Source: Macrostomum hystrix
Taxonomy: Eukaryota; Animalia; Platyhelminthes
Length of the DNA: 64,000 bases
Assembly: GCA_950097015.1 (NCBI GenBank)
Contig: CATNEN010000011.1
Span: 4,278,001 to 4,342,000, forward strand
Direction: 5' to 3'
In this document: one piece after another, positions 10,086-21,215 of the stretch
Layout: each line of letters opens with the position of its first letter
Position numbering within the stretch: position 1 is the stretch's first letter
Position numbers and translations under genes: made by a program
The notes under the pieces: model-generated
The model's database searches: none
What the model was told of the DNA's origin: nothing
What the model saw: only the letters and a program-made list of their open reading frames with translations

Positions 10086-13000
10086 TCATTCGGTCGCAGC
10101 TTCCAGCAAAATCAGGTTCTCCACCGGTCTGCGGATCAAGCATCTCCTGGGACCGCGGCAAGGCTTGGGCGCGACTCGAACTGTTGCAGATCTCACCGCC
10201 CCGTCTCGGCCAGGATGCACCGACTCGATGACACCGGTGCACCAGGTGAGCCTCGGCTGACCGGCTTCGCCTTTCACCAGGACGATGTCGCCGGCTGTCG
10301 CTTCTCGAGTCACGCCATGCTTGGGACTGAGATGATGTTCTCGCAGGCTGGTCAGATACTGTCGCTCCCAGCAGTCCCAGAAGGCATGCAGTCTGGCGCG
10401 CATTCGCCTCAGCAGTGTTGGCAACGGCAGCAGGAGATCGGGAGCCCCGCTAGAAGTTGGCTCCGCCGTCAGCCGTTGCAGGACCAGAAAGTGCGCCGGC
10501 GTCAGGACTTCTCCGTTGGTCTCTGCATCCACGTAGAGTAGGGGGCGGCTGTTGAGCACTGCCTCGACCTCCAGCAGCACGGTCAGCAGCTCTTCCGGTG
10601 TGAGACAGGCATTGAGAATAGTCTTGCGCAGAGCCAGCTTGATGTCCTTCATCAGCCGCTCCCAGAAGCCGCCTTGCCAAGGTGCGCGCTCGGTGATGAA
10701 CTGCCAGGTGATCTTGCGTGTCGCACAGAAATCCTGCACTTGTCGACTCTCCGATGCTTGCAGTATTCGGGCAGCTTTGGTGAACGTCTTGGCGTTGTCG
10801 CTGATGAGACTGGGGATGCCTCTCCGGGCGCAAAATCTCCTTAGTGCTCGCAGGAAGGTCTCAGTTGTCAGGTCCTTCACCAGCTCTAGGTGAACCGCTC
10901 TTGTCGCTGCGCAGGTGAACACCAGAATGTAGCCCTTCTCGACTGCCGCGTCTTGCTTCAGCTTGACGGGACCGCAGTAGTCTAGCCCGCTCCATTCAAA
11001 GGCTCTCTCCGCCTTCACACGAGATTCTGGCAACGCAGGAACTTGCTTCACAGCGAACAGAAGACCTTGAAGACGCCTGCAGACGACGCATTTTCCTAGA
11101 ATCGTCTTCACTCGCTGCCTTCCACGGATCAACCAGAACCTTTCTCGCAGCTTGCAAAGAGTGCTAGACACTCCCCCATGCAGAACTTTGCTGTGTGCAT
11201 CTCGGATGAGAAGGACTTCTAGATGCGTCTTGCTCGGAACGAGGATGGGGCAGTCAGTAGCTGTGCCAACGCTTGATTCTCGTAAACGACCTTGACTGCG
11301 GAGCAGACCTTTGCTGTCGATGAAGAGATTCAACTGCTTTGTGAGATCTGTAGTCGCTGTTGACTTCTCAAGGTGAGCGATTTCAGCAGGAAAACTACGC
11401 CGTTGCACTTCCCGCAGCCATCGTTCTTCAGCTTCTGAAACTTCTGCAGCTGTCAGTGGTCCTACTCGATCCTCCCCCGCTGCAGAGGTTCGAAAACGCA
11501 AGTTGTTGACGAATCGAAGGACGAACGCCGTCAAGCGAATGAGCTTGTTCCATGAAGAAAATTTGGAATCCTGAAGAACTCCCTGCAGACCAGGGTCAGG
11601 ACCTGCTTCGGCGAGCAGGACGACAGATTTGTTGACTGATGTCTTCTGTTCTTCTTCAATCGCGGTTACCGGTAGGCTGAGAAAGGACTGATCAGGCCAG
11701 TCGTCAGGGGGCTGTCTGAGCCAGTCCGGGCCATGCCACCAGCGGAAATCGGCCTGCAATTTGTCGACCGATGTACCACGTGACGCAACGTCAGCAGGGT
11801 TGTCATCGCCTGGTACATGTCGCCACGAGTCTTCGGGCAGCAGGCGTCGAATCTCAGACACTCGGTTGTGGACAAAGAGCTTCCAGGGCCTGTGCTGTCG
11901 TATCCAATAGAGCGCGTCGGCGCTGTCCGTCCAGCAAAACATATGGCGAACCTGAGAATGTTGACTGAGAGCTGAAGTCAGTAGCCTGGCTAATATCAGG
12001 GCACCCAACAACTCGAGCCGAGGAATCGACAGGGCCGACAGTGGAGCTACTCTTGACTTAGCAGCGACCAAGTTGCATCTGATAGAACCGTCGGTGTACT
12101 GAACTCGCAAATAAAGGCAGGCTGCGTAGCACTTGGCAGAGGCGTCACAGAAGCCATGCAGCTGCATCTCCTTGACTACCCGCGTCGACAATATCAACAG
12201 CCGCGGAACTTCAAATCGCGCTTGCAGCATGTCTATCAGCCACTTCATCCACTGCTGTCTAGTCGGCTCATCCAGCGGGCAATCCCAAGCATGCTTGCGA
12301 ACGCAGAGTGACTGGAACATTGACTTCGGACACGTCAGCAGGGGAACCAGGAATCCTAGAGGGTCATAGACCCGCGCCAGAAGCTGCAGCATGACACGCT
12401 TTGTCTGAGTAGCTTTGACCAACTCGTCTGGTGGCGAGAACTGCAAAACAAACACGTCCGAGTCGGTTTCCCATCGCAATCCGAGGACCTTTGACAACAC
12501 GCCCTCTGGGCCTAAAGAGGCCGATGAATAGCTGGAGGGGTCTTCGGTGACTCTTTCGCTTGCTGCTAGCGAAGCTGCTGGAGCAAGAACGTCTGTGTCC
12601 ATCGTGCTAGCGCGAACTGTAGACAACACCTCCTTGCTGTTCGACTGCCAATGACGCAAGTTCATGTTGGCCAGGCTGAAGATGTGACGGGATTTCTGGA
12701 TGAGATCTATGGCCTGTTCTTCACTGGTACACCCAGAGATCAGGTTGTCGACGTAGATTTCTTTGGAAACTTTGTCCACGAACCGTGCGTTTTGTTCTCG
12801 GTGAGAAGCCAAGTGATGTTGAATCACAGCCTCCAGAATTGCAGGTGAGCAGGTGAGTCCAAACACTAACGCCGCGTAACGAAGAACGACGAGAGGTGAA
12901 TCAGCTCGACTTGGATCTTGAGGCCAAAGGAAACGCAGTGAGTCACGGTCGTCATGGGCAACGCGAATCTGCAGAAATGCCTTCTCGATGTCGGCAGTCA

Positions 13001-15521
13001 GAGCGATCCGATGAAACCGGAATGCCTGAAGAAGACGCGGAATCTCGATCAGCGTTGACACTCCAGTCTCCAGGCACTCATTCAGCGACGGACTCCAGCT
13101 ATCTTTCTTTGCGCTGGCATCGAATACTACCCTGACCTTCGTCGATTCTGCTTCTGGGCGTATCACTGCTTGGTGAGGCAGGTAGTGGATGAGGTGGCGT
13201 GTGCTGTCTGGAGCCTCCTCCACAATCCCAGCTTCCTTCTGGCCGATCAGAATGCGGTGGTACTCCTGAAGCAGCGCAGGTTCACGACGCAACCTGGTCA
13301 GATTACTCTGCAGTCTCTTGACTGCGACGTCAAAGTTGTCCGGCAAGGTTAATTCCCTCTTGGGAACTTTCCACGGCAGCTGAACCGAGTAACGACCATC
13401 CTGGAATTGCGTGTTCAACTCAAATGACCGCTGCTCAAGCTCAGAAACACCAGTGATACCGATGCCTTCCAGCGTCCAGAACTTCTCCATGTGGCAGCTG
13501 TCCAGGCCCTTCTCACTTCCGTGTGCACAGCAGAGAAGAACTTGCTCTTGCTTCGTCTCATCACTAGCAACTTCGGCAGACACTGGACCACACAATAGCC
13601 ACCCAAGCTGACTGGCAACAGCAACCAGACCAGTGCTGGTCTCCGATCGAACCACCTGCCCTGTGACAAGGTCGAAAAATTGATCAGCTCCGACGAGGAT
13701 GTTGATCTCAGGGTTTGCTTCACTGTCAATGTCCCAGTCGGCCAGATCGAGATGACGGAAGTGATCCATGCGCACGCTGTTGACAACCGGTTGATGAGAG
13801 CAGATGTAGGGCACTGTATTGGCGTGCAAGGTAAACTGGGCGCCGCCATCGAGCTTCCGAAGTTGAAACTCGACCTTCTCAGTCTGCAGTACTCTAGGTT
13901 CTGTCCCACCAAATGTAGTCACTTCCATCGTCTCCTTGCAAATGACACCGAGACCCATCCGCTCAGCCAAGCTGGTTAGAATGAACGATCGGTTGCTGGC
14001 CGAGTCGAAGAGGATTCGAACCCGCGCCTCACGGCTGCCACAGGCTGACTTCAGCACAGCTCCCGCCGTCGGAAGAATCACTGTTTGAGCCTTTGCCACC
14101 ATCGCCAATGTCTTCACTTCCTGGTTCTTGATACCCTGTGTGACCGACTGCTCAGGCTTCTTCCGAACTTCATCCGCTTTGCTGCTCGTGGACTTCGACG
14201 TCTTCTCTCCTTCCGGTCCTTTTGGTCGTTCCACGCGCGCAGGGCAGATGCTGGGATGATGCTTTAGCGGGCAGAAGTCACACTGCTTCTTGTGATAGCA
14301 CATTTTTGTGCTGTGCCCTTTGGTAAGGCAACTGAAGCAGCGCCTTTGCTCCTTCAAAAGCTGAAGTCTTGTAGGCACGTCCACCAGTCGAGTGCATTTC
14401 TCAGGAGCATGTTCAGCATCGCAATAGGGGCACGCACTACTCGCTCTGGTGACCTTCGTAGCCTTAGTTTGTAAAGCAGATACAGATCCATCCTTGACTT
14501 GTCTGTCGCTCGTCGTGGTCTTAATGGATCCTGCCACTTGAGCTCCAGCTCCAACAGCCGCCTCCTCTCTAACTAGGATTTCCATGTCCAAGACCTGCAG
14601 AAACTCCTTCACCGAACCCAAGCCATTCTCATCAGTCATCTGTGGCACACTGTCACCTGCGGAATTCCGGACGGCAATCATCCTAGAGGTTCTCAGCATC
14701 CCGAGGCGCACAACTTCCGGCAGCTTCGCCAGCACGTTAGGCAGCAACATTGTCTCGTATGACGAAACACTCACCCCGAGATTTTCTAGACTGCGAACAT
14801 TGCCATTGACTTGGTCGTAGAAGTTCCTTAGATGCTGCACCGATGAACTTGGGCAGGTCAGTGTAGAGAACTTAGCCAGATGCTCGCGCACGGCGCCACT
14901 CCGAGATCTAAAACGCCGCTGTAGATTATCGATGGCTATCTTGTAGTTCTCGGACGTGATGCTGAGACCGGCGATCGAATTCTTGGCTTCTCCAGAGAGG
15001 CACGATTGTAGGTAGCCAAACTTGTCAACGACGCTGAGAGCTGGGTTGTCGTGGATGCTTGAGCTGAAGCGATCCCAGAATGCGGTCCACTGAGTCCGAT
15101 CTCCACTGAATGCTGGTGGTGGCAGCTTCGGCAGCCTGATGGCTGGTGAAGTCGCCAGAGCCGCACTCTCTCGTGGTGGCGTGGGAGGAGTCGTCTCCTT
15201 GGACTGCTGTTGCTCTATTGCCTGCATTCGGCTGGTCCGCTCGGCCTGAAGGATCTGTAGCCGTTTGGCGAGACTCGAAATCGTCCTGCCGGCAAGCAGC
15301 TCGTACTCCATCGTCTTCTCTACTTCCTCTTGTAGTGTCTTCTCGTCGACTTCAGCGGACAGCTCTTCATCCGCTGCGAGCAACTGTTGCTTCTTGAGGC
15401 GCAGGGCTTCCAGTACGCTGTCGATGTCTTCCTCAGCAGCCTCTGCCTTGAGCAGGTCCTGGGCTTTCTGGGCCAATCTGGTGACCGTCGCTCTCAAAAC
15501 TCCACGCTTTTTGGAGTCCAT
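10086..15521 (-). CDS. BEL/Pao Gag-Pol polyprotein (about 1811 aa from ATG 15521; open from 15569)
   Basis: Gag (FSGDRTQWTAFWDRF), three Cys/His knuckles, aspartic protease LFDSASNRSFI, RT (ADIEKAFLQI, FGLTCSP, YVDN), RNase H LHGFCDAS...RLEL, integrase HHCC zinc finger plus DYCGP/SDNAKTF/WERL core, C-terminal DUF5641-like region. PR-RT-RH-IN order is typical of BEL/Pao. Confidence 0.97.
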   Translation of the reverse strand: MDSKKRGVLRATVTRLAQKAQDLLKAEAAEEDIDSVLEALRLKKQQLLAADEELSAEVDEKTLQEEVEKTMEYELLAGRTISSLAKRLQILQAERTSRMQAIEQQQSKETTPPTPPRESAALATSPAIRLPKLPPPAFSGDRTQWTAFWDRFSSSIHDNPALSVVDKFGYLQSCLSGEAKNSIAGLSITSENYKIAIDNLQRRFRSRSGAVREHLAKFSTLTCPSSSVQHLRNFYDQVNGNVRSLENLGVSVSSYETMLLPNVLAKLPEVVRLGMLRTSRMIAVRNSAGDSVPQMTDENGLGSVKEFLQVLDMEILVREEAAVGAGAQVAGSIKTTTSDRQVKDGSVSALQTKATKVTRASSACPYCDAEHAPEKCTRLVDVPTRLQLLKEQRRCFSCLTKGHSTKMCYHKKQCDFCPLKHHPSICPARVERPKGPEGEKTSKSTSSKADEVRKKPEQSVTQGIKNQEVKTLAMVAKAQTVILPTAGAVLKSACGSREARVRILFDSASNRSFILTSLAERMGLGVICKETMEVTTFGGTEPRVLQTEKVEFQLRKLDGGAQFTLHANTVPYICSHQPVVNSVRMDHFRHLDLADWDIDSEANPEINILVGADQFFDLVTGQVVRSETSTGLVAVASQLGWLLCGPVSAEVASDETKQEQVLLCCAHGSEKGLDSCHMEKFWTLEGIGITGVSELEQRSFELNTQFQDGRYSVQLPWKVPKRELTLPDNFDVAVKRLQSNLTRLRREPALLQEYHRILIGQKEAGIVEEAPDSTRHLIHYLPHQAVIRPEAESTKVRVVFDASAKKDSWSPSLNECLETGVSTLIEIPRLLQAFRFHRIALTADIEKAFLQIRVAHDDRDSLRFLWPQDPSRADSPLVVLRYAALVFGLTCSPAILEAVIQHHLASHREQNARFVDKVSKEIYVDNLISGCTSEEQAIDLIQKSRHIFSLANMNLRHWQSNSKEVLSTVRASTMDTDVLAPAASLAASERVTEDPSSYSSASLGPEGVLSKVLGLRWETDSDVFVLQFSPPDELVKATQTKRVMLQLLARVYDPLGFLVPLLTCPKSMFQSLCVRKHAWDCPLDEPTRQQWMKWLIDMLQARFEVPRLLILSTRVVKEMQLHGFCDASAKCYAACLYLRVQYTDGSIRCNLVAAKSRVAPLSALSIPRLELLGALILARLLTSALSQHSQVRHMFCWTDSADALYWIRQHRPWKLFVHNRVSEIRRLLPEDSWRHVPGDDNPADVASRGTSVDKLQADFRWWHGPDWLRQPPDDWPDQSFLSLPVTAIEEEQKTSVNKSVVLLAEAGPDPGLQGVLQDSKFSSWNKLIRLTAFVLRFVNNLRFRTSAAGEDRVGPLTAAEVSEAEERWLREVQRRSFPAEIAHLEKSTATTDLTKQLNLFIDSKGLLRSQGRLRESSVGTATDCPILVPSKTHLEVLLIRDAHSKVLHGGVSSTLCKLRERFWLIRGRQRVKTILGKCVVCRRLQGLLFAVKQVPALPESRVKAERAFEWSGLDYCGPVKLKQDAAVEKGYILVFTCAATRAVHLELVKDLTTETFLRALRRFCARRGIPSLISDNAKTFTKAARILQASESRQVQDFCATRKITWQFITERAPWQGGFWERLMKDIKLALRKTILNACLTPEELLTVLLEVEAVLNSRPLLYVDAETNGEVLTPAHFLVLQRLTAEPTSSGAPDLLLPLPTLLRRMRARLHAFWDCWERQYLTSLREHHLSPKHGVTREATAGDIVLVKGEAGQPRLTWCTGVIESVHPGRDGAVRSATVRVAPKPCRGPRRCLIRRPVENLILLEAATE

Positions 15522-15593
15522 GCTGATCTGATTAGAATCGCTGTGGCACTGTAGCACTCTAGCGCTCACTGCCTTGAGTTTACTCTAATTTTG

Positions 15594-15605
15594 GTTCGGG
15601 CGCCA
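15594..15605 (-). promoter_or_regulatory. Primer-binding site TGGCGCCCGAAC (complementary to tRNA-Lys(UUU) 3' end)
   Basis: Abuts the 5' LTR; the first 12 nt are identical to the known tRNA-Lys3 PBS TGGCGCCCGAACAGGGAC. Confidence 0.85.
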
Positions 15606-15864
15606 TGTAAAGGAATAATACAGAACTCTGAGGGTTTGAGAAGGCAGAGCTATGATAACAAAAAGGTGTTAAGGTGCCCTGTGGCTAATTGATTGCTTTA
15701 TTTATTATTAAATCACTTCACACTCTCCAGCTCTCTGACGCAACACCAACCTTGCACATTACCACCCACCCCAACATGCACACTGAGAGGGGGAGCGCCA
15801 AGCGTACACTGGCGACGCTACACATAGCAGAGGGTCGGTCCGCAGGCACCCAAATTCCAACACA
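15606..15864 (-). repeat. 5' LTR
   Basis: See 3' LTR. Confidence 0.95.
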
Positions 15865-16420
15865 GTGTCAAAAACAGAGAGAGAAAAAATCGTAAGGGCT
15901 ATATTTAGAAATTGAAAGAACAGGCCGCAGGAGCTGGTAAATTGTGCTTAGGCAAGCCAATTCTTGTTTTTAGAGTATTTCTTAAAGAAGAAATCGAGAA
16001 ACATTAGAAATGTTTGAAGTTTAGTTTAAATCTTAGTTCAGATATGACATGATTGTGGTTTTCTACTTTAGTTTCTACTAATAACTACCTGCTATTTTAT
16101 AAAAAGTTGTTCTCGAAAAATTCGTTATCTACGCTCGTATGTGTCTTCTGCCATTTTGTTTGTTTTAGTTCGAGCCACTGTGTTTTGAATTCCGAAGAGG
16201 TGGAAAGAAACGCTGATATGTAAATTCATATTATAAAGCTGTCTAATGATCACAGAAACAACAATGTTCTCCCAGTAAAACTATATATTTCAAATAATAG
16301 TTATTTACTCGTAGTAGGCCTGCACTCGTAGTAGTCGTGCAGAATATAATTAGGAAATTACCTGCGAAAAAATGACGCTTAGCTTATTTACTAAAAGAAC
16401 ATTTCTCATGTAAATGTGCA

Positions 16421-18280
16421 TCAGAGAAGTAGATAGTCTCCAGATCTCGCGTACAACGAAACACACTCATCATATACATCGTTGAGTTCATCAATCCCGC
16501 CACACATCCCGGTAATTATTCCGATAATGGCATTTATTGAATTCTTTGCCGCATCGATTTCTTCCTTCTGTTCGCAGCTCGGCGGTTGCCCAACATTCTC
16601 AGCGCCCAGGCTGGTTCCTGACGTCACGGAGTTCAGCTGGTCCAAGCGGGCTTTGGCGACTCGCACGTTTCCGCACCTTAGCGCCTCTCGCAGGGCAGCG
16701 GCCTCCGAGGAGCGGTTCGAAATCGAGCCTGCGATTTCCACCTTCCGCTGAGTGGAATTCAGCAGCTGTTCTAGGCAGCTCTTCTCAAGTTCGAGGAAGT
16801 CGATGAGGTCTTTTATTAGGTGGTTCCATTGTCGCAGGCTTTCGCTCACACGATCGGCTTCCTCTGAGTCGTGCTCCAGCTGCAGCAGAAGCTTCTGACA
16901 GTCGTCCTTGAAATGTTGAAGTTTCTTTAGACTTTAGAGTGCTTCGAACGTTACATCTTCACTGAGCTGCCAGCAACCATCTCCTCAAATCCATTGGCTA
17001 GTTGAAGAGCTTGTGGCACAGATTGGTTTGAGAGTTTAAGAGTTTGGAAGCTCCAATCTTAGCCCAAGAGAAACTCTTGGAATTAGTTTATGGACTAAAC
17101 AGCTAGCTGTACACAACCTATAATATAATAATAATGGCAGGAGGGCTGTGGGCAATGGCACATAATTGGTGACACTAGATCGGTAGCCAACGAGGAGGCC
17201 ATTCCGCCCATTTCGCTGACTCCTGAGCACACACACTCTCAGATACCGTACGCAGGCACACCCTCCCATAGGTGTGAACATCTGCCCTGACTTTCTCATC
17301 GTCAGGCAGTGTACACTTTCACTGTGTTTTGGAGGTTGGACCTCAAGGGCGTGAATTGCACTTCAATCCCCCAAGCCTTCTCTCAGCGGCTGCTCCACAA
17401 ATAAATGTGGCCTCGCCGCGCAATCGAGCCAAGGGATATTAAAGCGACAGGCAAAGGCGTTAACCGCTCTGCCACCGACCTCCTGCACACAACCTAAGCA
17501 ATGCACAATGGTTGTACATCTGTCCTAACTGGGTTCTATCTGAATGAGAATCATTCGTACACCTACTAGTAGTCAACCGTTTTTGCTCCAAAGTTTGAAA
17601 GTTCATGAAATATTTTTATGTACCTGAAACTTCATACGATGCGCGCTAAAGTGCAAATCGCAAAGATCCCGATCACAATGGTGGCACCTTGCCAGTACAG
17701 GCATGGAGCATTGCTGACCTCTTTCAGTCATTTGACAGATAGCGGTTAGCCTTGGATTTGACTTCAAAGCCTGGATGAGCCTGTACATGGATTTGTTCTG
17801 CACTGCAGGAGTCACGAGCGGGTCTCTGCACTCGGGACACCTGGCTTCTGCTTCCGATCTCGCCTCTTCGATGATGCCATTGTAGCATCTTCGGCACAGG
17901 GTGTGGTGGTTCTGGCACACGAAGCACGGGTCCTTAAATGTACTCAAGCATACTGGACATTGCAAGTCCTTGTCTTGCTGTCCACCTTGGTGAAAGAATT
18001 GGGGTTTTGAAGTATGTTAAAATACTATAACCTCTCAATGTTTTCTCGCACCTTTAAATATATCCAGAGACTCAGCATATAGCGCGCCTGTTCCATCAAT
18101 AAATGCAGTTTTCTTCTCTCTGGGGTTTTCAGTGTCTCAAGCATTAAAAGTCACAAAAAATCTGCTTATGAATGTCGGGGTTCCATGTCAAGAAATATAC
18201 CTCATTTTTAAGGTTAGACGCAAATAATTTTTAAACCGAAAAGCTCTGCACTTACTATCGGTCGTGTCTAGCGTGTCCAT
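16421..18280 (-). CDS. TRIM-like RING-B-box-coiled-coil paralog B; complement(join(16421..16906,17624..17985,18256..18280)), about 290 aa
   Basis: C3HC4 RING CPVC...VCQNHHTLCRRC...CPEC and B-box C...C...CHHCDRDLCDLH...H. Splice phases 1 and 0 are consistent (micro-exon MDTLDTTD with GTAAGT donor; KFQ|GT donor; AAG|DDCQKLL acceptor). Total length 873 nt is divisible by 3. Confidence 0.75.
17121..17480 (-). mobile_element. SINE family A, full length (in intron of paralog B)
   Basis: A-box-like GGTGGCAGAGCGG, B-box-like GGCTCGATTGC, shared body (GTGTACACTGCCTGACGATGAGAAAGTCAGGGCAGATG; CAGGAGTCAGCGAAAT), ATT-repeat tail. Confidence 0.8.
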
Positions 18281-18639
18281 CCGAGCGCTGTTGGCCGTTT
18301 CAACTAGCGATAACTCTCCCAGCCTCTGTCTCACTTTATATTTTTTCTAACTGAATTGAGTTAAAGAACAATGTGGTATAAAAATGTCTACACAAGAGAA
18401 GCAAAATCCTTGTTTCTAAACAAGAGTCTAATTTTAGTAACAACCAAGCCTGTGTACTGTCCTTCGAATGAGCAGCTACGATTATCATGTAGAAGGGAGA
18501 TTCTGTCTTTTATTTTTTTCTATTCCATTTTTCAAAATTTTATTGATGCGCAGCTTTGTGTAACAGTGCCGCGTCTATAACAACCGGCATCCACTCAAAC
18601 TCGAGAGTGGCTTCCAAAACCCATAATCTGACGCAGAAT

Positions 18640-18785
18640 GTTCGGGTGGAGCGCAGTCAAGTCATTCGCAGCTTCACTGACGGCTCGCATTTCAACGGTC
18701 GCTCTGGAGCGGTAATCGCAATCTTTAAAGAGGCTAATGAGCTCTTTTAGGAGAGTCTACAATTTTCCAAGCCATGGAGCAACAG
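18640..18785 (+). pseudogene. Fragment of non-LTR retrotransposon-type RNase H
   Basis: SFTDGSHFNGRSGAVI followed, after a frameshift, by STIFQAME (compare YTDGS...G.G and T.FQAE of LINE RNase H). Truncated at the SINE. Confidence 0.5.
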
Positions 18786-18789
18786 CTGC

Positions 18790-19001
18790 ACAGTGAAGTG
18801 TACATTGCCTGACGATGAGAAAGTCAGGGCAGATGTACACACCTGTGTGAGCTTGTGCCTGCACACAGTATCTGTGTGCGTGCATGCTCAGGAGTCAGCG
18901 AAATTGGCAGAATTGCCTGTCCGCTGGCTGCGGGTCTAGTGTCACCAAATGAATGTACCATTGCCCGCAGCCCTCCTGCAATTATTATTATTATTATTAT
19001 A
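18790..19001 (+). mobile_element. SINE family A, 5'-truncated, (TTA)n tail
   Basis: Same body as 17121-17480 in the opposite orientation. Confidence 0.8.
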
Positions 19002-19019
19002 AGTGAAACACTGCAGTAA

Positions 19020-19255
19020 AATCTATATCTACCTCAAATTTAATTCCATGTGCAGATTGCACAGATCCAGAACACAGTAATAGCACCTTACAAACAGTGA
19101 AGCAGAACAAAATTGGCGGCCATCTTGCTTTATTTGACAGGTAGCGCAAACTCTCTGCTTGAACTGGGCAGCCTGGATGAGTCTGCTCATGAGTTTGTTC
19201 TGCACAAGCACAATGAGCGGCTCCTTGGTGTGGTGTGGTGATTGGGACAAGAATA
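19020..19255 (-). pseudogene. TRIM-like paralog C fragment (B-box end of exon; RING missing)
   Basis: VQNKLMSRLIQA...CQIKQDGRQFCS...RCYYCVLDLCNLH parallels paralog B (VQNKSMYRLIQA...RCHHCDRDLCDLH). Frameshift just before the donor. Confidence 0.7.
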
Positions 19256-20015
19256 CAAACGGCGGAAATTTTTCATTAAAATTTGTTACTAGGAGCCTTC
19301 ACGCTACTATGCTCAAATTAAAACCTTGATCGAGAACGATAGAGAAAGCATTAATTGAAAGGGCTGCAAAAAATAATGAGAATGAACGATGGAGGGAACG
19401 AGAGGCGGTGCAAGGGCTTCATTTCTAAGTAGCTGATTAAAAGAAAGGACATCGCATTTTATGCATCAAACAGCTATATTTATCAGAAGAGAGATAAGAA
19501 ATGACAGTTGGGCCGGATGTGCGGGCATTTGCAACAGTGAGCATGCAGCCATTGCGTGGCACTGCCAAAGGTTGAGTACATCTGCTTCTACCCTTGCTGA
19601 TGCTGGTACCTTATTACGAGTATATAGATGGGGGAACTGAAGTCACTAGGAGATCAAGTACCTCACTCAATTTGAGCAAGATTTGAGCACCCGTCCTCTC
19701 AGTCAGAAGTTCGAGCTCTTACCACTGGGCTGAAAGCTCCCCAATATCCCTAGGCCCCACCAGTCCATGGACTAAACAGCTGTACACAGCATTGGTTCTC
19801 TGCTGCTAGGAGAAAAAATAAAAATAATGAATAATTCACATCAACCTCAATTATTCTGCACTATGTCCCACTGACCAAGGCGTCTTTAAGAACAATGCAG
19901 CGCAGCAGAAACATCAGCGAGTCCACGCCAGAACTGGATCCAGGCTGAAGAAGCGCGGCAGGCGGTCGCATCACACTCATCGGTGTAAGAGAATCGCAGA
20001 GTCGCCGTCGAGAGC

Positions 20016-20481
20016 CTATCCCGGTCGCTCTATCCCGTGAGCTATCTGAATGAGATTAGACTCAAACTGTGCTCTCGATTTCGTAGGAGAAGCCAGCTGA
20101 GCAGCTCGCGCCAATCTCTTAATGTTGGCGAGACCCAGCATTTGCAGCCTCTTGGAAGCTGAGCTCGCTGCTATCAGGTTGACATAATCGAGACATTCTC
20201 GAAGTTTTGCCGTGTTTTTAGAAATTCGAGAGAATCTTACGAGAGATTTAACTCGACGCAGCGTTCCAGCTGTTGTTTCTGACTCCTGACTGATTTTTAA
20301 GGCCATCGCAGCCAGCGCTTAAAATGGTTTGGTGTGGCTCTTCAATAGCCCGCTGACATTCAGATAACAGAGCGCCACTGTGTATGATTGATTGTCGTAC
20401 AATAGACGCTGTTGCAACGTCGTCCGCATCGGTTTCGGCCTGCACAAGCGTCGTTGACTCTTCCCGAAGGTACAGTTCCAA
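20016..20481 (-). pseudogene. Possible coiled-coil exon remnant (overlapping ORFs 20248..20481 and 20016..20306)
   Basis: Helical, charged composition and position within the cluster only; no diagnostic motif. Confidence 0.25.
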
Positions 20482-20999
20482 TAGTACATGTACATAAATA
20501 TGTCAATTATTATCATTTTTTGCATTCCAATCGAACATTGAAACGCGGCCGTGAGTGTAGGAGTACATTTGAAGCCGACATCGCAGACCTCATCGTAAAA
20601 CATCTTTTTTAAAAGTTAAACTACCAGGGGGAAATTCCCCACCCCTGACAGTTTTTGTGCTGCATCTGAACGGAACAACGCAAGCACACGAAACTCAAAA
20701 AACACGGCTAACTTTTTATTGCGCATCTTCTGAAACAAGAAACAAGTCGCCAGCTCTTCAGATCGTCGAGATATTCTATGTTTCTGGCTGAAGGACAGAT
20801 TTTTCACAAAAGCGCTAGTGCATTTCATACACTTCTTTACATGAATTAGCACGGCGCCTCAGTGCAGCCTTACCAGGCCTTCGAAATTTATCAGCATGTC
20901 ACTTAAATGTGCCTGCACTATCTCCGTCTTCGGTGGTCACCTACCTTTATATAGACGGATTTGCTGGACTTTAAGGGCTACAACAGGTGGAACTAGGCC

Positions 21000-21215
21000 A
21001 CAATGGACACCCTGACGTGAATTTCTTTACCTTCACTGATCTAGCCAAAATATTAGGCGCAGCTCATGTACAGTACACCTTCCCATAGTCTGTCCACCAA
21101 TCAGTCACCACCCAACGCTGTTAGCATTCAGGCACTGCCAAAAAAAATTAAGGGGGGACATTTCCCCCCTTGTTATAAATAGGGGTGGCAAAGTGGCTTG
21201 GTACTCCAACTGTTA
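21000..21215 (+). repeat. Dispersed about 210-bp repeat, copy 1
   Basis: Shares GACACCCTGACG...AATATTAGGCGCAGCTC...CCAATCAGTCACCACCCAACGCTGTTAGCATTCAGGC with 26670-26876. Confidence 0.85.

Larger units (their letters stand above)
9559..15864 (-). mobile_element. Full-length BEL/Pao LTR retrotransposon
   Basis: Two 259-bp LTRs with TG...CA ends, 5-bp TSD GTGTC (9554-9558 and 15865-15869), PBS, PPT, and one uninterrupted gag-pol ORF. Confidence 0.97.

Noticed and set aside
17275-17315. CTGACGA...GAAA in SINE A as a hammerhead ribozyme
   Set aside because: Only 3 nt separate the motifs (no stem II), and CTGAC pairs with GTCAG as a simple hairpin.
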